This document shows positions 25,171 through 36,882 of a stretch of 64,000 nucleotides of DNA, piece by piece. Under the pieces are notes generated by a model. That model did not search any database. It had not been told where the DNA came from and was given only the letters and a program-made list of their open reading frames with translations. Where the stretch lies: NCBI GenBank assembly GCA_003693705.1, contig RBZT01000339.1, positions 42,088 to 106,087 on the forward strand, written 5' to 3'. The DNA comes from Polymyxa betae A26-41. Its lineage: Eukaryota; Protista; Endomyxa: Phytomyxea. Made by a program: the position numbers and the translations under genes. How positions within the stretch are numbered: the stretch's first letter is position 1; each line of letters opens with the position of its first letter.

Positions 25171-26443
25171 ATGGGCTGTGTCTCGTCAAGCGAAAAGAAT
25201 GTTGCCAATATGGTCTGTGAAAAAGGGTACCTGCCGCAGCAACCCGGCCCGAATAACCCCGAGAAAGAAGGGGTCGGCGCTGCTACGGAATCCGATGAGG
25301 CAGCTAAGGTGCCTTACCGTTTGATTCTGAGCTTCATTGATTTCATATGATGAATAGCTGGAAAGCGCAGCAGCACAACGCAGAAGGTTGTCCGTTGCCC
25401 CTTTGTTAGTCGGCGACGTTGACGGTAAACGAGCGAATCCTACCGAAGGAAAACCCAGGAGGTATGCCTGACTTTACCTTCACCATTTCTCGCGCTAACA
25501 GGAAGCTAGGTTATCGCTAGGTGCTGCTCCACCATCCATCCAAGAGGGTGGCGATTCAACTCATGCTGAGCCGAGTGTTGTTCACACACAGTCATGGGTG
25601 GCACTATCAAAGAAAGGCTATGTGCCATACAATCGCAAAAAAATGAATCAAGATACATACTTTATCGCTGAATCCTTTTTGGAAGGAATCAGTTTATACG
25701 GCGTATGTGATGGTCATGGAGAATTCGGCCATCATGTATCGGCGTTCGTCAAGAACAATATGGTGCGCTGCCTGATCGCAGAGGAGCGATTAAGAGACGA
25801 CCCTCTGGAGTGCATTCCGAGGGCAATCACGAGGTTATGTGCCGACCTTGCCGATACACAAATCAATGTGTCGTTCTCTGGAACAACGGCCGTTTTCGCC
25901 ATCAAGATCGACAACCAGATTATTGTCGGAAACATTGGAGATTCAAGATGTATTATTCTGCAGAGGTCGGAGAAAGAACTCGTTCCGATTCCACTATCTC
26001 GTGATCAGAAGCCTGACGAACCTGACGAAAAAAGAAGGATTCTTGCTGCTGGAGGCAGAGTCGAGCCACTTCCAGGCCCTGTTAATGAAGATATGGGTCC
26101 AAGTCGGGTCTGGCTGGCCGAAATTGACGTCCCAGGGTTAGCGATGTCCAGATCCATTGGAGACGACATCTCACATACGGTCGGCGTGTCTTCTGAGCCA
26201 GAACTTCGCGTTCATCAGATAACCGATGCCGACTTGTTCCTGGTCTTGGCGTCCGACGGCGTCTGGGAGTTCCTGTCAAATCAGCAAGTGGCGTCGCTCG
26301 TAGCTAATTCAGTTCACGATATTGAATTGGCGGCGACCTCCGTGGTCCAAGAATCGACGAAGAAATGGCAAGAAGTAGAAGAAGTCATTGACGATATCAC
26401 CTTTGTGATATTACAGCTACAACAAGGACCGATTGTCTTATAG
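25171..26443 (+). CDS. PP2C/PPM phosphatase with predicted N-acylated MGC N-terminus
   Basis: KMNQD, GVCDGHG, GNIGDSR, GLAMSRSIGD, LASDGVWE, DDIT; first exon MGCVSS. Confidence 0.93.
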
Positions 26444-26559
26444 CATAAAATGTTCAAATAGGTTAATTTATTCTCACCCAAAATTGCGCATCTTTTTTGC
26501 AATCAGATTTGAAACTTGCTGCTTACTGGATTCCTGTATGAGTCTGTTTGAATCCAGGA

Positions 26560-27953
26560 ATGGCAGAAGCTCTTTGGGTGCCGGTTCTCTTGTCTGCAAG
26601 GTCTGGCGTTGAATTTAGCAACAAATTTCGGTTCTAATCTTTCGCTAAAGTGGTCTTGTGGTGATGATGGGACCGCCAGACCGTCAGCAAGAAATTGAAC
26701 TGATTTCTTGTGATCACGTGTCGATTGCATTCGCCAAGTCGGATTCAGCTTTTAAAAAAGGCGTTGTGACTTTAACGACGCAAAGAATCTTATTTCGCTC
26801 GGATGCATCTCCGGCTCCTCGTGGGATTAGCTTAGCTGAAATTCGTGATGTTACTCTTTCATCCGGACTATTGTCGTCGCCGAAAATTAAATGCAAAATA
26901 CGAGATTTTAATGTGCAGTTCGTGTTTCACAAACAAGGTCGTGACAAACTCTTCGAGCTTCTATCGAGGTCGATAAAAGCCCAAGAATGGCTGGTAACTT
27001 TTTCGCCAGACTACACATCTATCACTGATTAGTTCCAGCCGTTACCTTCCATGAAGAGTGAGAAGAAGTCGTTTTCTGCTCATTCAGCTGGGATTGGTAT
27101 GCGTGATAGGTAATCGGATCTACCACGTTTCAGATTGGTGTAGGTGGCATTTTACGTTCTGTTGCCAACGAGCAGGTTTCTTCAGATAAAACCATAACTC
27201 AGGCTTTCAATGATCTGGAATCGCTGATGTCCTATGCAAAAGAAATGGTATCTTATTTGCATCGGGATCGAAGCGTTTCGAATTTTGATAGGTTGAATTA
27301 GCGGAAAAGTTCACCCTGCGAACGTCTCCTGTTGATGACGATCAATCAGAATTCAGGGATATCTTGCATCAGATGGGCATTGCAAGTATTTGCGCTTCCT
27401 GAAGGTTTTCTATAGATTTGTCTAAAATATTCATAGATCCGGTTACAAAAGAGAATGCTGGCTCACATTATCATGTACAATTAGCACGTCAGCTAGCGGA
27501 TTTCCTAACCGGCGTTTTTCGTCAATCCGGTGGCGTTCTAATGCTCATTGACGTGTATTGTATGTTCAATCGAGCTCGAGGAACACAGCTTGTTTCTCCT
27601 GATGATCTTTTTACAGCGTCAGTGCTGTTGATTCCCAACTGACTTAATACTGATGATGGTTTAGCTGCAAGATGATTTCAGATCTAAATCTGGGAATGTC
27701 CCTTCGTCGTTTCGATTCGGGTGTTCTTGCTGTGCAAAGTTCTGAGCATGATGATACAACGATGGCGAATAATATTTTAAAGATTATTGAACAAAACGGA
27801 CCAGTAACAGAACTAGAGGTCTCGAAATTACTGAACATTTCGATACATCTTGCCAAAGAACACCTTCTCACTGCTGAACGTAATGAGTTTCTTTGCAGAG
27901 ATTCTATCCTTGAGGCAACAAAATTTTACAAAAATATATTCAAAGAATTTTGA
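26560..27953 (+). CDS. VPS36: ESCRT-II subunit VPS36
   Basis: GLUE-like GVVTLTTQRI and SSPKI, QAFNDLESLM, DVYCMFNRARGTQLVSPDDL, LCRDS. Confidence 0.9.
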
Positions 27954-28294
27954 ACAAAACAATTCGTCTACATTAGGCATTGATAACAGTGACCTTTCAA
28001 CTGTCGAATGTTACAATATTCATGGTGCAAGTCCAGGAAGATAATCAGTTTCGAGTTGTCATTCGATTTTCTCTTGTATTTTGAATGACAGCAATTCACA
28101 ACATTTCCTATTGTTCACCGCTTTACTATCCTCGATCACAATGCTGGGATGCAATTGTTCAGTGCCCAAAATTGCGCAGTGCCGGTGTCAAAATCTGCGC
28201 GACAGAGGTTAAAAGGCGACCTAGAGATATCGTACATTTTTACAAACGTTTTGGCTGGGTTGGGTTCAACTCCGTGCCAGTTCACAATCCAAAA

Positions 28295-31200
28295 ATGTCC
28301 TCCATGCAGGGCGGCGGCGGCGATAGAGAAGGATCGCCGCCAACGGATCCGCCTGCGTCACAGCCGCCGCCGACAAATGTGCAAAATATGCAGCAGGCGC
28401 CTTCACCGCATCCCCAGCGCATGTTCGCGCCTCTGCCTCCATTGTCGTTCAATGCAATGATGGCCGCACGAGGACGTGCATCCACAATACCGAGACAGCC
28501 GCATTACGAGCAAGCTGGCAGGACACCTGTTTTTCCGCCTCGTCGGCTGTTTCCACCTCCATTTTTAGTGCCGCCGCCGTTAAGACGAGGGAGATTGCCG
28601 CTCCCGCCGCTTAATTTGTTTCGAGGACATATTCCTCCAGGACGGGGCGGGATGGTGCCGAATAGGCCGATGCAGGATATGGCAAAGCGAACTTTACCGA
28701 CCCCTGCTTCGGAGGCTGGGTCGTCGCAACCTCCTGTTGTGCAGCAGGCGCCATCGCCCACCCTGCAGTCGCCGACGCCAGGCTCGGCTCCAAACCAGCC
28801 ACAGCCGGCACCGCCGATAACGAATCAGGCACAACAGCAGCCATCACAGCCACTGCAGATGCCATCAGCCCAGCAGCCCACTCAGTCCCCATCACCCCAA
28901 CCTCAGCCCCAACAGCAGGTCCATCAGGCCATGCCTCAGCAGGCACCTCAAACTTCATCTCGGTCTGCCAGCAGTCCGACGCCGCCGGCCACGGCTAACA
29001 TCCCTGTGCCGGTCGCCAAAATTTCCAACTTCCTACCTTCGCAATCCCCCACGCCTATCGCCAGCGAATCTACGAATCCTCCAGCGCTGCCGACCGGCCC
29101 GCCCATAGTAGTGGAAATGCCAAAGGTTAAGGATGCTCTGGGATACCTTGAGAAGGTCAAAAAGAAATTCTTCGATCGCCCGAGTGTCTATAATCAATTC
29201 CTGGAGATTATGAAAGAATTTAAAGCGCAGACGATTAATACTGAAGGCGTTATTAAACGTGTTACAACGCTATTTCAGGGTCATCGGGAGCTGATTCTTG
29301 GATTTAATCAATTTTTGCCACCTGGTTATAAGATCACAGATCCGACTATGCCACCTGCAGAACCGGCACCAAAACCCACTGTCGAATTCAATCACGCTGT
29401 CAAATATGTGGCTAAAATCAAAGTAAGTTCCGTTTTTCACGCTTAGATTTAAAATCAATTTTGGCGCTCAGCAACGCTTCGAAAACCGCCCCGAAGTTTA
29501 CGAAGATTTTCTCGAGATCCTGCACGCTTATCAAGAAAAACGTGCAACAGATCATGCCATCGAGCAAGTGAAAGGGCAAGTTCAGAATCTATTCAGAGGT
29601 CATCCGGATCTGCTAGATGACTTCAACTATTTCCTGCCTCCGGAGGCTGGCGGCTCAATGCCTTCGGCTTCTAAACAGCCCAAAAAGAAGAAGCAGAAAA
29701 AGGAGGACAGCGCTGTCCCGACAACGGCTGCAACAGCGGCACCTGCCAAGCGATTGGATCAGATCACCGCCACAACGGCCACTCCTCTGCGTGTTGGTCT
29801 GCCGCTGGGTCAGACGACGCCTCCAGCCACAACTCCCAGTGCCGTTCGTCGTATTTCTGGAAATGTTGGGGCGCTGATTCCTCCAGGGCCATATGCGACT
29901 GTTTCATATCCGCCCGATTCCAAAAAGGAAATGCAGCTATTCGAAAAAATCAAGGTCCCGAGGTTCGTCCTTTTTGTTTTTTTTACTGATGAGCATTTAG
30001 ATGGCGGTTCCTCGTTCGCTTTATGTTCAGCTGATGCGGGTTCTAAACCTGTTCGCATGCAATATTATAACCCGAGCAGAACTGATTTCATTGGTTGACG
30101 ACCTGTTCCTCAAAAACCCTAAATACGCCGAATTCTCGACGAAATTCAAGGAAGTTCTCGGCTATAACGAATGGGAGGAGAACCAATTAATGACTCATAT
30201 GCGATCCAATTTCTACGCCTTCGTTTCTTCTGTCGATTTCACCACCTGCAAACAGGTTCTCTCTTCTTAGTATGAGCAGTCTGATTCTTACAATTGCTAG
30301 GTTACGCCGTCATATCGGGAACTTCCTTCTGAGATTCCTTGCCCGCCATGCTCTGGTCGTACGATACTGGGTGATTCAGTTCTAAACGATACCTGCATAT
30401 CAATTCCAACAGGAACCGAAGATCAGGTTGGCATCTTGCCTGGCTCCTGCTTGTGAAATTTTAATGCCGCATTCAGAGCTTTAAATCTTCTCGAAAGAAT
30501 CAGTATGAAGAGGCGCTATTTAAGGTTGAAGACGAGCGTTATGAAATCGATATGATGATCGAAAACAACGCTGCCGCTATTCGAGTTCTTCAGGTGCGCT
30601 GCTATCAGGCCATTCGTTCCTTAGCTGATCTGGATATACAGCCTTTGAATGACCGAATCAGCACCTTGACATCGGAACAGGCCGCCGCTTTTAAACTCGA
30701 TAACTCTGTGGATATTCTGCATATTAGAGCCATGGCAAGGATCTACGGCGATGCCTGGTAATTCAATTTTTTTTTAACCATTTGATTTTTTAATCTATTA
30801 TCAGGTATGATATTGTCAGGCTTCTAAAACAGATTCCTGCAACTGCCATTCCTATAATCTTACGACGCCTGAAGCAAAAGGATGCAGAGTGGAGGCGAGC
30901 CAGAGAGAATATGAAAAAAACGTGGCAAGAAATTGTCAAAGTATTTCATCTCTGCTTAAGTTGGCATAACTTGCTGATAGTGCTGCTAGGCAAACTTCCA
31001 CAGATCGCTTGATCATAGGAGTTTTACTTTCAAATCAGAGGAAAAAAAGAGGCTTTCGTCCAAACATATTATCTCTGAGTTGAAGGAAGCGCACGAAAAG
31101 GCCTTTGATCTCTCCGATGAGGTTTCGAATTTTGACTCAGCTGCGTTTTTGCTTCAATAACAGCATGTGTAGGAACTGTCACCTTCCTCAAAACCAACTC

Positions 31201-32722
31201 GCTCATTGTACACATACTGTATGAATTTCTGTCTGGACGACAAGTTCACTCATAGCGAAATCTTCGATCTCGTGAAAGCTTCTATTGGCCATGTATTACC
31301 TGTCATTCTTTTGACAGAGCCATCTAATGTGTGCTCATAGCTATCTAACGATGATCGCACATCGTTCCTGCAGTTCTGGACTGGATTTGTCCACCATTTC
31401 TTAAACATCATCTCGGACTCCCACCTCATTGTCGATGCCAAGGTATTTTTTTCAGTTTCTGATTCCCGGATTGAGTCGAACTACTGTATCAGATGAATAC
31501 GCGTCCTGTCCGGATATCTATGGATTCATGGGGACTAGAAGAAATGATTTCTCCAATGCGTCGCCATACTCGTGAATCAAACCTCTTTTTTGGAAGCATG
31601 CCTTTCTACGTATTTTTCCGTCTTTATCAGGTTCTGTCTGGAATTTCAAACGGTTATGATGATTTATTCCAACATTTAGCTATTATACTCTCGTTGGAAA
31701 ACCTGCTACGAGCTTGCTTTCGCTAAACCAAACGGTGAAGAAAAATACAGTATGTGTTGCATCCAGTTTTGTGGATTATTTCTCACTGGATATACTCAGG
31801 CCGGTTCAAAGAGTTGGTATATTCTGTCGTTGACGGAAAAACTGATCAGGTTTCTTATGAAGATAGTTTAAGAAAACTGATTGGGGCGAATTCCTACACC
31901 ATGTTCACAGCAGAGAAAATTGTCTCCAACATCATCAAACTCACCCATTCTCTGATGTCAAATCAGCTTAGTCAGAAGCTGGTTAGTCTGTATGCTTATG
32001 AGCATGCGAGGGCGATCGATAAGAATACGAATCTGAAGGATCAGGATCCACTGGAGCGATCCGCTCTCCTTTCCAGAATGTATCTGATGAATTGCTGTTC
32101 CATTCTTGACGACGAAGACCATTGCGTTCAGATCGAATTCTTCAAGGTAATCGGGATGTTCACGCCCCTTTCAGTTCTCAGTTTCAAGTTTCAATAGGAT
32201 ACCTTTGAACTCGGTGTTGGCTATCTGGATAACCTGGTGAGCAGTGAATCCAGGCCTTCTGATCCATTATGGGAGCAGTATCTGGATCGCTACCTGAACT
32301 CAGCTTCTTCTTCGTCTCGTCCATTCCTTCGGCGCAACGTTCGTAATCAAGATGGATCAAGGACTGTGACAAGAAATGGTCTCGAGAGCAAGATTTGTCG
32401 GCGAACTTTCAAGGTTACCTGTCTTCTGGAGTCTTTCTCATTTTGTCTTAATTTTATTGTAGGCGTATTTCATTGAAGATACCGAGGATGTATTTTACCG
32501 GCAACAGCGTCCTCGCCGATGTAATTTGTCAAAGCGGCAAAGAAGGTCAATTGCGCTTCTAAATACTTTTCAATTATTGTTTATTCTATTTACAGATTCA
32601 CGGAGTGGTGGCGTAAACAACCAGCATACTTAAACAAGTCATCGGATGCCTCTAATATATTCCGCGACGAACAACGACCCGATGGATCAGCCGGAACGGC
32701 GCAGCCGATGGATCTTTGTTGA
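28295..32722 (+). CDS. SIN3: SIN3 transcriptional co-repressor
   Basis: PAH1 [13 protein letters not shown]...[11 protein letters not shown]2 [17 protein letters not shown]-interaction domain [35 protein letters not shown]. Confidence 0.95.
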
Positions 32723-32964
32723 TTTCATCACCCTGTGCAGTTCTTTCATTAAAAATTCAGTTATTACATCTGTTGCAGACTCATATTCTGTAGTTTGTGA
32801 ATACAAATAGATGGTCATTTCCAATATCAATCCAACCGATACCGACGACGTCGCTCCTTTACCTGATTGGTATCCTGTCTTTATGTAATGTTACATGCGA
32901 TTAAGGAACGGTCACACACTGGCTACTTTAGCAGGAGCTGAATTTGTCGTTGGCGTGCTGATTC

Positions 32965-34549
32965 ATGTCCATACAAGACTATGAGTTGAATGATCTTATT
33001 GGCAAAGGCTCTTATGGTGCCGTGTACAAAGCCAAACGAAAGTCTGATAGGTTGGATGTGGTCATTAAGCAAGTTGTTGGAACTGGAAAAAACCATGCTC
33101 GAGCGGAAGCTCGCGTCCTGGCCGATTTAGCTCATCCAACTATCGTCAAATACTACGACACATTTGAAGATCAGTCGGAGAAGATTTTGTACTTGGTGAT
33201 GGAATATTGTGATGGAGGCGACCTATCTGGTCTGATTCATTCGTCGGCCAATGCCCAGGGCTTCAATCGCAGACGACCTGGACTGCCTGAAAGCACCGTC
33301 CTTGATTATTTGGCACAAATGGCTCTGGCATTACATTATCTACACTCCCAGAACTTGATGCATCGTGATCTGAAAAGCCCAAACGTTTTTCTTCAAGATG
33401 AATGTCGTCGGATCAAACTGGGCGATTTTGGCGTCTCGACGTTTTTGGAAACGTCTATGGATTTTGCAGAGACATGCATTGGGACGCCATTCTATATGAG
33501 TCCTGAGCTGTTCAACAACAATCCTTGTAATAATCATCATCGAAACTCTTTCTCTGCTTTGTAACCGCGGTTTGTGCAGATAACTTTAAGAGCGACATCT
33601 GGGCGCTTGGCTGCATTACTTACGAAATGCTAACCGGGAATCATGCTTTCCATTCGGAATCGCTATCAGCATTATCAGATCGGGTGGTGAAAGGGAATTA
33701 CAACCTTCCACGGAAAGGCAGCCCAAACCTGTTGCAATTGCTCAAGCGGATGCTATCAGTAAATCCAAATAAGAGGCCCACAGCTGCTCATATACTCAAA
33801 TCGCCTTTACTGAATCGGCCATTGGTATGTCTTCTGCTCTCAACAAACGTGATCCTGTTAATTGCTGATGCAGCGCTCTTTCCTGGATCGATACCTGTCG
33901 ATCGCTTGCAGGATTCAGCAAAAGGACGAAATCGACAGCTTATTGAAGCAGATAACGGCCTTGGGATTGAACAGCTTGATTTGTGTGAATAAATGCTCAT
34001 TGCAAGAGATATTGATATCTCAGCAAGAATCAAGAGACGATCCATTTGGAGAACCAAATGACGATGCTTTCATTGAGAACTTAGAGCCAAATGAATCCGA
34101 TTACGAAGAGGTGCCGGCTTCAGAGAATCCATTCTCTGAAACAATGGTAATAAATCTGCTTCAATCCTCAATTGTGAGCTGAATGGTGATAGCCATCAGC
34201 GAACACAATAATCGATTGCATCTGGTCGTCAGTTCCACCATACGACGCTGTCAAATCATGTTCGAATGTAGTGCTGCCTGGAAATCTGTCCATACGAAGA
34301 TCGATGCTTCAAAGGTCGTCATTGCTGGCTCTATCTCTCCTACCATCCTAACAAATTCTTAGGCAATGCAAGCAAATTCTGGGCGACGACAAATTCGAAA
34401 GGTGTTTCGCCCTGGTTGCCTCCGAGAAACCGTCGACATTCTTCTCTGCCGATCTCAATCGTCTGCTGGAAACTGAACTCGGTCCAGGATGGCTACAAGC
34501 ATGCCATTTAGTCGAGCAGATATTGTGGATAGATGCAAATAAACCCTAA
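32965..34549 (+). CDS. NIMA-related (NEK) Ser/Thr kinase
   Basis: IGKGSYG, MEYCDGGDL, HRDLKSPNVFL, KLGDFG, CIGTPFYMSPE, KSDIWALGC; 3' exons predicted. Confidence 0.9.
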
Positions 34550-34557
34550 AACCCTAG
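34541..34557 (+). promoter_or_regulatory. Telo-box-like AAACCCTAAAACCCTAG between NEK and the kinesin-like gene
   Basis: Seen in the sequence; overlaps the predicted NEK stop and lies about 65 bp before the next ATG; regulatory role is inferred. Confidence 0.5.
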
Positions 34558-34620
34558 CGCCAGTCAGTTTCCCCGCGCCGAACGCAGTGCTGCCTAAGTG
34601 CAGTAGCACCGCGTCGCGTA

Positions 34621-36839
34621 ATGGAAAATGACGTCGACGAGGCGGCGCCCGCTTCTATGGTGAGACTTGTGCGCTGCCTAGTCGGTGAATTCTCCAGAAC
34701 GTTTTCTGTAACCCCCACTGAGACAATGACGGAACCCTGTCCTATCTCACTGCTCGACTATCCACATTCGTCGTCATTTCGTTATCGCGCTCGTCTTGCA
34801 GGCATGGACCCTGGTGAGCAACCCACGCCCCGAGCGCTATCGCCGCTGTCGTCTTCGACGTCGTCGTTGCTGTCGAGCGCGTCCTCGTCCGAGGAACCGT
34901 CGCCCCGGCAATGGGAATCGATCACGTATGGCCCTGTTAAAGCCTTCATTAAGGTTCGCCGGCTCTCTACTGAAGAGAAGCGCGCGCGCTGCCAACAAGC
35001 TGTATTTGTTTCCCCTGAAACCCGATCGGTTAATGTTCAGTCCCCTTCCGGAGTGGCTCAAACTGTATGGAATCTGCATATGTTCATCAAAAGGCTCACC
35101 TAATCGTGCCTTCTAGTTCAAAAGCTTTGATGCTGTCTTTGATGCTTCTGACGACCCATTTGACCCTGCTGATTTATATTCGCAAACAACAGCGCCTTTA
35201 GTACAAGAACTGTTTGACGATGCACCCTCTGTTGGATTGCTCGTTGCTTCAGGAGATAGGAATTCAGGAAAGTCTTGTACAATGCAAGGCGGTGGTCAAG
35301 ACATCGGCATTTTCCGTCGCGTTCTTCTCGACGTATTCGAACGATCACAAGCCTCAGCAAGAAAACATCAGTCTATATCTATCGCATTGCTCGGCTATTA
35401 CGATAATAAGGTAATTTTTATTGCAATTGGAAAGTTCAAAGCTTTATTGCACATCAGATATTCGATCTTCTGTCTCCTGGATCTGCTGGAAGCCCACAGA
35501 GGCTAATGAGAATTGGATCAATTTGTTCTCAAAGAATCCAGCATACGAAAGTCCAAAATGCCAAGAGCGCCATCACTATGCTAAAATCTGGTTTGCTGCA
35601 TAGAAACAACGATCCATGCATGTCGTTCGGCCATCTTCTATTTTCTGTTCGCCTTGCAACTACACGCCGTGGTAAAACTACATACTCGCAGCTGGTGCTT
35701 TGCGATTTGTACTCGCCACGACAATCAAAGTGCAAAGAAGCTCTGAACTTTAACATGTCTTTGGTGAACTTAAATCAATGTATTGAGGCGAAGTTACATA
35801 ATTATGTGAACCCCAGAGACAAGAAACCGGTCCCAATTCGTCAATCCAGGTTCACCCGTCTATTGCGCCCTAACCTTATTGGTTCTGGCACCACTGTCAA
35901 AATCCTGCATTTAGCTCCTTGTGTGGGAGACATTCATACCACATTGCAATCATTGACTTGCTCAACTTCCTCTTCCTCTAGCAATGTCATGCTTTTGCCA
36001 GGAAGTTTATCTGAATCGGAACTTACGAGTCCCATCTACTTGAAGTGCAAGGATTGCAAAGACATGCAATCCGCCTCATCTCCGATGTTGCCCGAGAACG
36101 TTATTACCTCAAGCCAAAACGGTGTTTTGCAGTCGACGACTCGCAAAATGCTACGCTTTCTAGAGCCCGACATAAACGATAATGGCGAACTTGAGCTCAA
36201 AGATATTGCTTCCGAAAACGGCATGCCTCCTTATGAGTCATCTGATTGCCTGAATCTTGCCCAGACATACCTTGAGGCTAAGGACCCAATTGCAAAGTCG
36301 CAGGTCTTAGATAAAGCAGCTTGCTTATGTGATCAAAGCTACGTTCGAGATCTTCTCAATGTCGTCGCAGACGAGATGGTAAATTTTGCTCCAACGTAAT
36401 CATTTGAAAAAAGCCTTTTGAGATCAATGTATCAACTAACTCACATGCAGTGCGATTCTTCCTCCTTTTAAACATGACGACATACCGCACCCTGGAAGGT
36501 GGCTTCCGGTCCCTGTTTCTCAATGGGTTCCAGACAGGTATTTATGTCATGATCCTTACTGCCGCTCATTTAACATTGATAGGCATTCTGTTGTCTGTTT
36601 ATACTGCCATAACAGATTTGGGTTCTTTAAAAGGCGTCACCATTGCAGGTAACTCCAACTAAACAGAAAAAAGCATTAGCAGCGCAGCCAACTGTCTTCT
36701 TAGGTCCTGCGGATTGGTATATTGCTATGAATGTTGCAAGCCCTTTCCAGTACCGTGGTCTGTGAATCCAGAGCGAGTTTGCAGATTTTGTATTGACGCA
36801 AGAAGCCGTATTGGGACATTTATTTTCTCGCATAGATAA
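34621..36839 (+). CDS. Degenerate kinesin motor domain fused to a C-terminal FYVE zinc finger
   Basis: GT-AG introns 35065-35116, 35411-35457, 36396-36450, 36538-36582 and 36649-36703 give one open frame: VKAFIKVRRL, SFDAVF, GDRNSGKSCTMQG, IFDLL, SLVNLNQCI, VPIRQSRFTRLL, then WVPD..C..C...F...RRHHCRSCG.VYC..CC...RVC..C. Confidence 0.85.
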
Positions 36840-36882
36840 CCAGCTAAATATTGTGATTGTTATAAAGAATGCATTGTTATTA

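Noticed and set aside
28700-29100. Pro/Gln-rich cag/ccg repeats and long antisense ORFs
   Set aside because: Low-complexity N-terminus of SIN3; the antisense ORFs are GC-rich shadows
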